Source of the DNA: Fimbriosthenelais zetlandica
Lineage: Eukaryota
NCBI GenBank assembly: GCA_977030845.1
Contig: OZ365109.1
Coordinates: forward strand, 55,118,001 to 55,182,000
DNA length: 64,000 bases
Direction: 5' to 3'
Part shown: positions 14,187 through 26,093 of the stretch, in pieces
How positions within the stretch are numbered: the stretch's first letter is position 1
Layout of the letters: every line of letters starts with the position of its first letter
Made by a program: the position numbers and the translations under genes
Notes under the pieces: model-generated
The model's database searches: none
What the model was told of the DNA's origin: nothing
The model's input: the letters and a program-made list of their open reading frames with translations, nothing else

Positions 14187-14255
14187 ATGCAACGCCTTGG
14201 AGGCTCTCGGGGTCTCGAAATGGACGAGACAACGTCCATTCTGGAGCACATGCAG
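14187..14255 (+). CDS. SLC38A11: SLC38A11 coding exon 1 (MQRLGGSRGLEMDETTSILEHMQ); exon begins at acceptor 14174
   Basis: ttttcttgcag acceptor, taaaATG start at 14187, CAG|gtgagt donor in phase 0, compatible with exon 2. Assignment rests on phase and position, as the N-terminus is poorly conserved. Confidence 0.7.
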
Positions 14256-17200
14256 GTGAGTACAAATTAAATTTTGATAAATTTAATTAAATGACTTTGA
14301 TATTTAAATTCCAGATCGACAGTAATATTATGTTGACTTATGTTCACAATGTGATATTATACAACTGGTATATATACTCATACAGGGCTGAATTCAATTC
14401 ATATTGATAATTATATTTATAAATTCATATCTGTCCATGGATGGGTGCCGAAATTATGATTGAATGCAGATTACATTGCTACTTCATTACCACACACGTA
14501 TTATATAATGATGGCATCCAGTATGTATGCAGCGTATCAGAGATGTAACCAAGTGGAATGGAATTTCCATGTCATGTAATGCATATAAATTGTATCGATT
14601 ATCAACAACAATGCTAAAGGGGGAACCTGTTGCATAAAGCAATGGATGACAACAGTTTTTTGGGACGTATTAATGGCGTAATATTGCCAGGCTGTTGGAG
14701 GACCCTTTTCGAAAGTTGGGGAGGGAATTATAGATGTTCTAGACCCCGTCAGGAGTTAATCGTTGTATGCAGAATTGGGGGCATGCCATTTTTTCCACGC
14801 CCCCCATTGCTGATCAATATATTTCTGGCTAAACGTGCATCAGTTTGACATATTTTCTTCAGCTTTATCTTTCAAAACATGAACTAAATAGTTTGTGCTG
14901 GTTCAAATTTGTATTTATAATGGTTTATTGGGCCTATACGTCTCCTTATTATACATATGAGGTCTCTGTAAGGTTTCTAACAATCAATATGTCAATATAC
15001 CCTAACGAGGGGACAGACAAATCACTGTCAACTAATGACCGTGCACCACTGAATGAGACTGCTGTAGGCAGTCATATCTTAGAACATTAAACCAGGTCCT
15101 TAGCTTAATGATGATGGCTAGGTGGAGTAGCCGTATGGTTACATGGTTTATTGTAAAGCTTTTCCATATAGGGAGCCAAATGGTTTATTGATTAGGCATA
15201 TACGCAGATCCTACCAACATCTGTCAATAAAAATGTCTGGGTCTTTTCATAGCTGCCCCTAACACAAGCTTGACACTGACAGGAGAGGAATATCACATCA
15301 TGTGTGCAGAGTATTCAACCCGTTGTCAAATGGATTAATTGATATTTTTATACTTAAATGATTCCTGTTTGAAAAACCTTCATATGGTATGTTCTTGTGT
15401 CACAATTTATTAAAAGATCAAGCATGAAGCACCCTATCTCAGCTTGATAATAACAGACAGACAGGGACTGTCATATATCCCAAGAGCAAAAATAGAAATT
15501 GCTGTACCTCCTCAATTTCCCTTGCTTGGCAATGAATTGAAATTCAAGAAGCCAGCAATCCACCTTCAAACACAGTCCTCATATGGTGCGGATCAATAAT
15601 TACAGAGTTTACGATCCCCATAATGACACTCATGTACGCCCTGAGACTATGCAAACAGTGATATGGAACAAGTAGGACACGGACGCCAAGTGGGTTTTAT
15701 CCCACTTATCCCGACTGCAATAATGATATATTTTTCTTGTCAAATTACCCTGAAGGCTTCATTGCCGTTGCCAAGCATTTTGACCTATATTTATGTTTCC
15801 ATAGCAACCCTTCAATGAACAAGCTAGTCAATTTGCCTTTCCGACTGCTCCTTTCATGAACTGTTTATAGAGTGAGAGAAGTTCATGGAAATATTGAAAT
15901 TGAAAAAAAATGGAAAAGAATCGCAATATAATATATTGATAGGAAGCAACATGTAATACATGTACATGATTTTGACAAGATACCCGATTGCCTTGAAACT
16001 TCATTCTTATATCCACAAAAGGCTGACCTAAGCCAAAGCTTCACTAAGGCGATAAAAAGATAAAGCGAAACGAAATGTTTTCACTTACACATATGGCTTT
16101 CTGGGAAAATCAGGTGATATCTAGAGATGATTGGAGACTATCTATAAACCAACTTTTTCTTGGTTAATTCCTCTACAAGAACCTGATCTTGTAGACTGAG
16201 GCCATTCTTTTTAAATGAGAACAGATCAATTCTTCTGCTTAATCGGCTCATTGACATTGTGGGGTCGGTTTGCATAAGATAATTCTGTTTATAGCTCAGG
16301 ACCTCGAGCCTTTCCCGTGTAGGTGGGCCGTTGTATGTATGCCCCTTAATGGAGACCCTGGATCACAGTTGGTCCTTGTGACATTTGTATTGTGTGCCTG
16401 GGGTCAAATACCAATAGTGGACCAGCTGATCCGTTAATGGCTTTAACCTGCTTATCCTTAACAATCAATACCTTTGATCAGGACCTCGTGTCCCGAGGGT
16501 TCTTATGGATTGCAACGTAATCATTTTCTTCCTGAACTTCCCCCCTGGGAGTGAGAAGATGTGATTAAACGCAAATTTTCTCACTGATAAGAAAAAAAAT
16601 CTGAATTGTGTCTGTTCCTCGTGAGAGGAAAAATCGCATAAAATGTTGACATGAACAACTTATGCCCGTCTTCAACACTCTCTGTTGAACAAAATATCAC
16701 TTAAACGTCATAACACAATAGAGATATCTATAGTGCTGGCGATGAAACTTGTTAAAGGCATTGCTTCCAGATTGCTTCAGATTCCACGTCATTCAAACTG
16801 ATACTTAAATGTGTATCTCATAATCTGGACTAGTCAAGTTCTCTATATACTTGATGATATTAAAATAGTGCAACACAGGGCAATATTACAGAACCTTATC
16901 CATTTCTAATATATTAAATTCTCCAAGACCAGTGCGGTTGAAGGGCCACTATCACGGAGACGCATGAATAGATACAACTACAGTTACAGGGTAAATATAT
17001 AACAAATTGAACAACATATTAGTAATATTCTCCGGGTTCTCCCTTCAAAATATTTTGTTGATATGGCAGGATGGCTTTTTTTGATGAACAAAATATTAAA
17101 TACGGGGCTAGACATGAATAGATATGGAAAATATTCCCTTGTGGATTGTTGGGCAAACGACAAAGGTCAGCTTCTGTGTAATAGTGGGTCATATAATGGG

Positions 17201-17808
17201 AAGCCATGTTGACTGACCTACTACAGATAGTGAAGTGTGCTTCATATGTGTTGCCGTGGAAATGTGAATCATGTTTTCGGAATGAGACTGCTGATATCAT
17301 AATAAAGCTCCATGTGCAGGATCGATTCAACGAACTATTAAGTTATATATTTAAATTGCTGTGAAAGTTTACTCATTTGCAGGCATTCTCTAAAAATTAA
17401 CCATTCTTCAACCTAGTGAATGGGATCAATACCAAGTAGCTTTGGCAATCGGTGGTCTGCAAGTAATGATAGGCCTAACATGGATAGACATGTATGGGAC
17501 TGTCTCCAATATTGTATTCCTCTAATATATTATTGACGCAAGTATTATGATCAGGACAATATATTAATCATATCCATTTGGAAAGCTGATTGCTAATAAA
17601 TATTTGATTCCTGATCTGGTTCATGGAGGACATTCTGCATAAATGTCTAGAGTGGCATGCATTGAAAAGGAAGTAGATATAGAGATTCGATGAGATATTA
17701 TTATTTCCGTCTTTATGCAGTTGCAAATATTGTGAATGAAGGGGATCTATTGACCTGATAGAGTTTCTTAATCTTGGTTGGAGGAGGTCTATTTTATTCT
17801 GTAGTATA

Positions 17809-17852
17809 CAATGAGAAAATACAATCCAGGCAATGAGAAAATACAATCCAAG
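17809..17852. repeat. 22-bp tandem duplication
   Basis: caatgagaaaatacaatccagg / caatgagaaaatacaatccaag. Confidence 0.9.
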
Positions 17853-18829
17853 TTCAAGCAACACTAAAGTGGTTTCCTGTGCCAAACTCTGCTGTGTACT
17901 TCATGAAAGATTAAGAAAATGAGCGTCTCATTGATTCTAAATAGTAGGTAATCACATGTCATTAGTCAAATGTATGCCAGCCTTAAATCAGCCAATAATG
18001 AAGCCTCTTATAAAGTACAGTGACCGGTTATCATGATTGGCATGTAATCAGCAAATGGCAGTGTCTTAATCAGTCTGTAGGTGTCAGCTTATTTTAAATA
18101 ATGAATCCAGTCTGATTCCTTCCTCTACCAGTGGCAGCCTTTCTTATCTGTTATCCTGAGTTGCCAGGTCAAGAAATGTGGCAAATATCCTGAGTGCCGC
18201 CATAGTTGTAAGTCCACCTGGGCGCCCGAGCTATTGGGGCATGTATTGATTTTGTCATTTATGTGCATTCGAACATGGTATTTCTCTTGAGGGAATAAAT
18301 AGAGTGGCTAAATAGATTGGGAATATTTCATCGTGAATCATAATCATTTTGAACAGTCAACTAATGACAATCAGATGGTATTTCCAACTTCATATTTTAA
18401 TGTAAAATCTTTGTGAATTTAGTGGGGTAGTATATGTATAGCAGGGCTCAAGCTAGACCTCAAAGACCAGCAGCCATTTTTATCGCCAATTGGGCCCCCT
18501 ATAAGCCAAATGGAACAGAAGCAGGGGGGGGGGGGGATTAATTTTATAATAATAATAATGACTTTACTGGAAGATCGTTTAATACTTTCACTCTGTTAAT
18601 GATCGTTCTTAGATTTTGAATCCTGTGGTTTAACCCAGAACAAAGTGAACTGAGTGACGATTTCACACTGTGTAGGCCCCGTATCTTGCTGAGGCACCAC
18701 TGCTTGTGACTGACCAGTGGGCAGTGGTGAGGAGGGGGTGTTTGGAAATGCGTATGTCCTACCTTTTGACCCCCTGTGAAGCTTTTTTGTGCCTTTGAAA
18801 TATAATACATGACCACCTGACTTGTAGCT

Positions 18830-19500
18830 ACCAACTAAACTACCCCTTGCCCGCCCCCTCCCTTTCCAATAGACACTGCAGAGTCTCTGCTGCATGTGTG
18901 AAAGCTAAAGACTGTCCTCTGCCTCGAACCTCCCACCAGATACGGTCAGTAACACCCCCCCCCCCTCCCACCCCGCCAGCAACCTCCTAGTACCCCTACC
19001 TCCCCCCCCCCCCCCCCACAATCCCTATGGCTATGCAATAGGCGCACGGCAGTATGTGTGAAAGCTAAGGTCTATCCTGGTTCTCGAAACCACCACCAGC
19101 TACTCCCACCCGTAACACCCCCCCCCCCCGACTTTTAGCTTTTACATGAAGTCTGCTTCACTGGTTTTTTGCGAGTAGACTGTCACCTTCCCCTGCTATT
19201 GACACACACTTACAGCACGGCTTGAGTGGTGTAATAGTGAGGGTAGTTGGTGGCGGGTTCGAGGCACATAGCTTTTGCCTTCACACTCCAATGGTTTTAT
19301 GCACTGCTTCAATATCTCTACTACTACCCCTACCCCGGTGTCTCTTCCAACTACACTACCTACCGCCCGGCCCCCCTCACACACACACCCTCTTATATAG
19401 ACACACTGTGTGCGTAAAAGCTAAGACCCGACCTGTGCCTCGAACCCGCGTAGCTGGTGGTGGGTTCGAGGCACAGGCTTCTGAACAAACTGGTAGCCAT
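18830..19500. repeat. Composite array of direct and inverted repeat units (GTGAAAGCTAAG...TGCCTCGAACC) separated by poly-C tracts
   Basis: Units near 18895, 19057 and 19408 (direct), 19240-19290 and 19448-19480 (inverted); perfect 16-bp stem 19432-19447/19462-19477. Confidence 0.75.
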
Positions 19501-22500
19501 TTATCGCACCGATCTTACATAAATATGGCTTTTACCTCCACACTGTCAATAACCAAAACAAGTAGCCAAGTTAGTAGCTAACTGCAAGGCAATAGTCGCC
19601 AAACCAATCATTTTATTCTTAATTGGCGACAAATGCGAACGGTTGCTGGAGCCATGTATAGACTTAATCAAATTAAATTGGGACGGACTGCATGTCGTCT
19701 GATGAAACCATCCATTTGCCTCCTTCGGTTTACACCTTTTCATCGGTGTCTGCATAATAGTATTTCAGCCAAATTAAATCTAATTCGCACCCAAAATAAT
19801 AATTATGAATCTCGAGAGAATAAGGGCTTCCTAATATGCCATTTCACCAAAATTAAATTATCTAAATTTCCTTCAAAAGATGAAAGACTAAGTGAAATTT
19901 GCAAAGCATTTGACTCTAAATCATGCCATTTTACTGTAATAATCCAAGCTTCCCAGATTTCCTCAAGCAGAAGGATCTAATCAAATCTATGGGAATGCTT
20001 CGTAACGGCAGTCCCAGCTTTTATGTTATCTCCCTCTGACAGACATCTCTGCATGTGAGATTCTCAACTTCCGAGTGGCTGCAGGTTATTCCTGGTTCTC
20101 AACATTCATACAACATTGTTTGATTACCAGTGGCCTGCATGTTATACCGCAGCGAGTAAATGTTGACTGTTGGTTCTATGGAACTCATGTGGTGAGCTTG
20201 TCCATGTTGACACTTCTGGTAAATTCATCAGCGATCCACAAACTTGATTAGTGCTGGGAGGCCAATATAAAGCCCTTTGTCATCAGTCATACACCAGGCG
20301 CCAGAAGGAGAGGGTGGGTGGCACTGTCAGGCCTTTCCCAGATTCTAAGAATCTATGGGAAAATCCTGACAATGCCACATCATTGACCATGCCCAATGTT
20401 CCAATGGCCCTCTACTACATGTTCTACATTAACTACTTTCAGCATCCAAATTCTCTTTAAAAAGAAGATACTTATTAGTAGGCCTATCGGGAAGCTGCCA
20501 TGCCACTTAGAAATGCGATTGACAGTTTGAATGAAATATGAAGATTGGCGCATCCACTCCTATAACAACATTATATGTGACATATAATTATGTATTCTGT
20601 GACAAATAACATCAAATAACGATAGTGATAATTCCACAATTCAATGAGCAGCCTATTTTGTTGCAGATTTATATATAGTAAGCTACAATATCTTTAAGGC
20701 GTGCCAAAAGCAGCCTTATTCCCTACGATATATGTAGAGGGGCCCCTATGTCGTGATTTCATGATACATTTACTGTATGCCAGAATATATCTTGACATTA
20801 TTGGCCTGTTACTAGCATAATTCATACATCACAGGTAATGTACTCTCTGGAAATTAGATTGTGGACAAGAGGACAGACGTGATCCATGACCTTTCCTTCA
20901 TAAATCCTCGCCTGAGGAACATAATTCAATAATCCTCCATTAATGTAGTGGTTTTTCGGGATTTTCAGGAGGTAAAACGTATTTCTTCATTAATGCTGAT
21001 GCGCCACTGGCAGGGCTGCTCCCACTTGATGTGTGTTTGGAGAGAAAAAAGAAATCGTTTCTTGTTCTGTCCATTTTGTCTCAAATTGTCTCAAATTTGT
21101 CCTACCTGTCATTCATGCTCGTCGCTTCATTTTCTTCCCACCCATACCTCATTACTGTTATTTTTCGGATATCAGATTGATAATTAAGATTGAGTAATTA
21201 TATTCCTTGTGTCATTCATCATCTCATCATAGTCACCGTTATTTAATTCCTATGCTTTTTCTGTAATTTGACATGGTTTTATCCCTGAGGATTACTCTTA
21301 CATTAACTGATGACTTTTAGGCCTAAAATCCCGAGTTTGCGGAAGTTCTAGTTGAATAATTCCCATGCATACAAAAGCCGTAGGGTTTTGTGAGACAAAA
21401 TCTTAACTATCTGCTTTTAATTGACAGTTGATCAATTATATAAAGATGTGTCCGAATATTTGGTCAGATTTTAAATATGGCTCTGGAAAAAGGGAGGATG
21501 GGAAGTAAGAATTCAATTGAATTTTTTCCAAAAGAAAAAAATGGAGAGACGTACAGTAATAAGCCATCTCCATGGAGTTTCGTGACCACAGGTGCAACTG
21601 TCTTGAATAACATACTTGTTGTGTACTGGGTCGACCTAAATCCTTCTTTAGTTTACCTATTGAAAAGGATGTCTCCAATTACTGCGAGACGGAGAGGAGA
21701 AAGAGGAGACTTCTTAAAAAAGTAACTCCCCTTTTTGATTTAACAATTGTTAATGAAATGGCCTTTATGGAAACACATAGGCAGTATTTTGGGCATTTCA
21801 CTTTTGTATGAGATTGTACATTTTGTAGAATTTTTAAATGAGTAATCCCGTATTTGAAATAGTATAATTGCAATGAGAATATAGTTGCATCTAGTTGGAA
21901 TTTGGAAAGAATATTGATCAGCCTAAGGTTTTGTCTAAGATTTCGATTATATCTGCGATTATTGCAGTTTGTGTGAATAATTCGTGTTTGTGCAGACCAA
22001 TAAAGATTTGACGACTAGACTTGCAAAGCCTTGGACCCTGCAGCCTTACCCTTAGTGATGTATAAACCATAGCAGAATCTTCTGGCCAACCTTTAATTTT
22101 CCTTGGAAAACTTTTTCTAGCACTGATTGGACTCCTTAAGTCACTTAAAATGGAAAGCCAGCTACTCATCCTTCAGACATTTTTTTACCGACCCATTCTG
22201 ACCTGGAGCCTGGGTGAAAAATAAGCAGAACCAAGTGTTTCCCCTCCTCCCTCAGGCTCATGTATCATCTGCAGACCTTGTAAGCTGCCAGAACTGACAG
22301 GTTTGTGCTCAGGAGACCTCGGTCTTATAGCTGACATCTGAGCTTGTCAACAGAGGAGCTGGTCCAAATAGTGTTGTTCTCATAACTTCATTCACTCTCT
22401 CACTCCTTCACTCCTTTGAAAGTTCAATTCTTCACTCCTCCCTTCCGTCCTTCACCTATACTGTTGTCCCTCCCTCCCTCACGCCCCCCCCCCCCCCCTC

Positions 22501-25500
22501 CCTGTCTGCTTCCCCTTCTTCGCCCACTGGTGAAGTGAATCATAAATTCATACTTTCGGTGTCATTAACTTTGCCCTTCACAACTAATTTTCCTTTTTTC
22601 AGAGTTCATAAAAATTAATGAAGACCTTTCGTGTTTTACTAGGGCATAGAAAAACTAGATTCCTCTAAGAATCTATCATACCATAAAACGCTATAGCTTT
22701 GATTCTAGAGCCAGTGGAGTTTATGTTCAGCATATCTCGCTTAGAGCAAGTAGAGATTCCTATACTTCTAGTTTCATTGAATGTTTCATGATCAATTGTA
22801 GGAATTGAATAGCCGTGCAGTGAGAATACAGCCATCTGGAAATCAAGTTATATCAGACTTCTGACAGCACTGTCTGTCATTGTTAGACTATGATCTATCA
22901 TAACAGGTAGAGGTCGCACTGATAAGCTGCAGCTCTGCACGAACATGATTGAAAAGCTTCATTGTACACTCGCCCATTCACAAAGATATTACTTGAAACT
23001 TCGGAAAGGTCTTTTGCCAAAGCATAGCACGTGCAAAAGTCTCAAAGATATTTTCCGTATTATTATTACTGAACATTCTGGACTGATGCAAAATAGTTTG
23101 CTCTTTTTTTTTCAGTAAATTGTATCAAAGCTTTTGTTTGAAATATATTCAGTATAGGTTGCTGGGCCATTGAGTAAGCCTTGGTAGAAATGTGCGGTTA
23201 AAAACGAATTCTGTGGCATTATGAGCATTCAATACTTGTTTTGTAATATTCTGAAATAATTATAGAGATTTACCTCATAATAATTATTATAAAAATGATC
23301 CGTTTTACGAGTAAGAACAATATAATCCCATTAAACGCTAGGGAGTGCTATTATCTGAAACAATGTCATGGCTGGTAGGAATTGTTTAAATGGATTCCTC
23401 AGCTCCCACATGACTCCCTCAGGAAATATCAACAGTTGATTCTCAGAAGGGACTTCCCCAGGAGGTTTGAAAATAGCTAAGAATTAGCTCACACCCTTTT
23501 AGCATCGACCCAAGAGTTAGTTTTTATCCACAGGGACTGAATACATGGAACACATTTTATGAAGCTAATAATCTGAGCTAAGACCATCGTCATGCCAATT
23601 AGGGCAAGATAAAGATCTGATTTATGGAGAGAATCACATGGTAATGGAACGATAGAACAACTGAGATGATGCTTTGAAGTATTTAAGGTAGTCGATAGTG
23701 ATCAGCGAACGCAAAAATGACCTGTCGTTATATTAGGAAAAAAAAGGAAATATAAGATGTGAATATATGTTTTGAGTATAGTTTCTGAGAACTGGCTGCA
23801 GAAGTTGTAACATAAAAGTCCATACATTTATATTAAAGATGAAATGAAGAGTAGTTGGTGAAGCTTCTTTGGGAAGCAGTTCATACCAGACGATAGTGTT
23901 CCTTATTGACTGGACTTCCTCTAGCTCACTGCAAGAATTTCATCATCTAAGAGTTGCTGTTCTTAAGGTTGACTGCTGTGCAGAATGTGCAACACTGACC
24001 TCACCTTGAACCCTTAACCTTTTTGTGTCCGTAGCACGACCTGCTTGGCTGAACGGACAGAGAGATAGTGGGAAAAGCAATCCTGAGCTGGAGCATCATT
24101 TTAACTGGAGACTTGTTCCCTTCTGCCTTTTAACACCCTCCAAACTCTCTCGAGTATTCTTTATTAGCCCTGTTAAAGTAACTTTACTCCCTGCAGGCTT
24201 TTAAAATGAGTGAAATATAACGCAAAAACAATTGCAATATTGCAGGAATGTAAACTTAATGTTGCAGTTTGAGCTAAAGGGTCTTTTTAAGAATTTGCTT
24301 CCGGGAATATATTTTTACTGTTAATGATGGTTTGTTATACGAAGCTAGATGTGTCTTATATTCGTGCCACATTGTAATTCAGTTTACCCGTCTGTTCTAT
24401 CTTTCTACAGGCAGACATATTGTCCGTTACCCTTCAAATTTACAAAAAGAGAATATAAATTTAATAGATGAACCTTCAGGATGAATTTTGTGAGACAGGT
24501 TTTTATTTACTGATATTTACTGATGTAGATAAAATAATGAAAATGAAGAGAACCAAATATGTTTACCTGAATGCAGATGGACTCAGATATCACCATCTGC
24601 ATTACATATTATAATTATTATGGGAATTTAAAGGGTATAAATGACACTCGCTGCTCTTTATGAAAGGAATAATAATTAACAGAAGACCTGGCTAATCATA
24701 ACTATATCCTTTGGAAATCCATCCAATAGTAGCACACTGATGTGAACACTTGGCTAGTGTTATTTGCGATCAATTCAGGCAGATTCATTGGATTATGGTG
24801 GAAACATGAGAGTCTAACCATTGCCCACTTTGCCTATATCACATCAGTGGATCTGAATATAGCCTGGATAGATCATGAAAACTATGCATTACATAGCACC
24901 CTACCATTCCCTGTAGCATTGATAACAAGAATTCCCTGCCACTCGAGGTCGATTTGTCCCGCTGACTTTGCTTTAGTAGCACTACATCTCGTATACCTCT
25001 GACCGTGGTTTTCATAAACAATACTAAGCAAGTGGCAGCAGGCAATTGATCTAACCTTTCCACCAGCTTTAAGGATGGAGAATTCTATGTGATACTGGCA
25101 GGCAGTGGTTAACAGTGATCCTCTCAATAGCCTACCTTTCCATTGCCTGCAATTCTAAGTTTTTTCTTGTCACGATTGCAGTGCCGTCATCACCGGTGTT
25201 ATATCTGTTCATGGCTGGAGGATAGTTCATGAATTATCAATTACCACAATGAAGGCAGACAAAAAACCTTTGAATAAATTTTTATAGTAACTAAGATGGA
25301 CTTGCATAACGATGGTCAGGTCTAGTGTAAAAGGCCAGAGACATCTTTGGAGCTGATCTAATGAATCGGGCTCTACGAACCTCGTGATTGTATATATCTT
25401 GCATGGTCTTGTCTTCTTGCCTCCTCCCATATACACAGGAAGCAATTGAAAGCAAACAATAGATGACTTTTATTAATGTGGTTGTTGTCTTGACCTGAAG

Positions 25501-26043
25501 GAAGGAAGGCTGCTATGGAACAGGTACGTGGGAGATGATTGAGGCTTGCTGATTGTTATAGGTCGTTTCCCGGGCTGGGATGAGATGGGAGGTCTGCGTT
25601 GCTAGCTCCAAGCTACGATATTGGGGTGTAAATTCAAGGAGACTCTTCCAGATTCTTTCATGAGCTTGCCTCCAGGTTCAGACTTTTTTGTCTACGCACC
25701 TACTCAGATAAATGGATTTACACAAGGTGGGGGAGGTTCAGGTCCCCCTTATTGGCCTTCATATGGTATATATGATATCTCATTTAGCGCAATATTATGT
25801 TTTCGGTTATGATCTAGCTTGGAGGTCACCTCTCTGGTCACAGTGGATCTCCAGGTGAAATGACAGAATGCACCTTGATGAGATACACAGACTGTGAGCC
25901 GAATATTCTGCCATTGCCTTCTTCAAATCTGACATTTGGCTCCAAACGGAAATTAGGGGAGTTTCGCGAGAAAGAATGTACTAAGTAAGTTTCTGTGACC
26001 AAAAGAAAATAGGCCTACTTCGTTGCTCCCCCTGATCAAGATC

Positions 26044-26093
26044 AAAGGGATTATAGACGATACATAGTTCTATGTATCGTCTATAATCCCTTT
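26044..26093. repeat. Perfect 24-bp inverted repeat with 2-nt spacer
   Basis: aaagggattatagacgatacatag-tt-ctatgtatcgtctataatcccttt. Confidence 0.95.
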
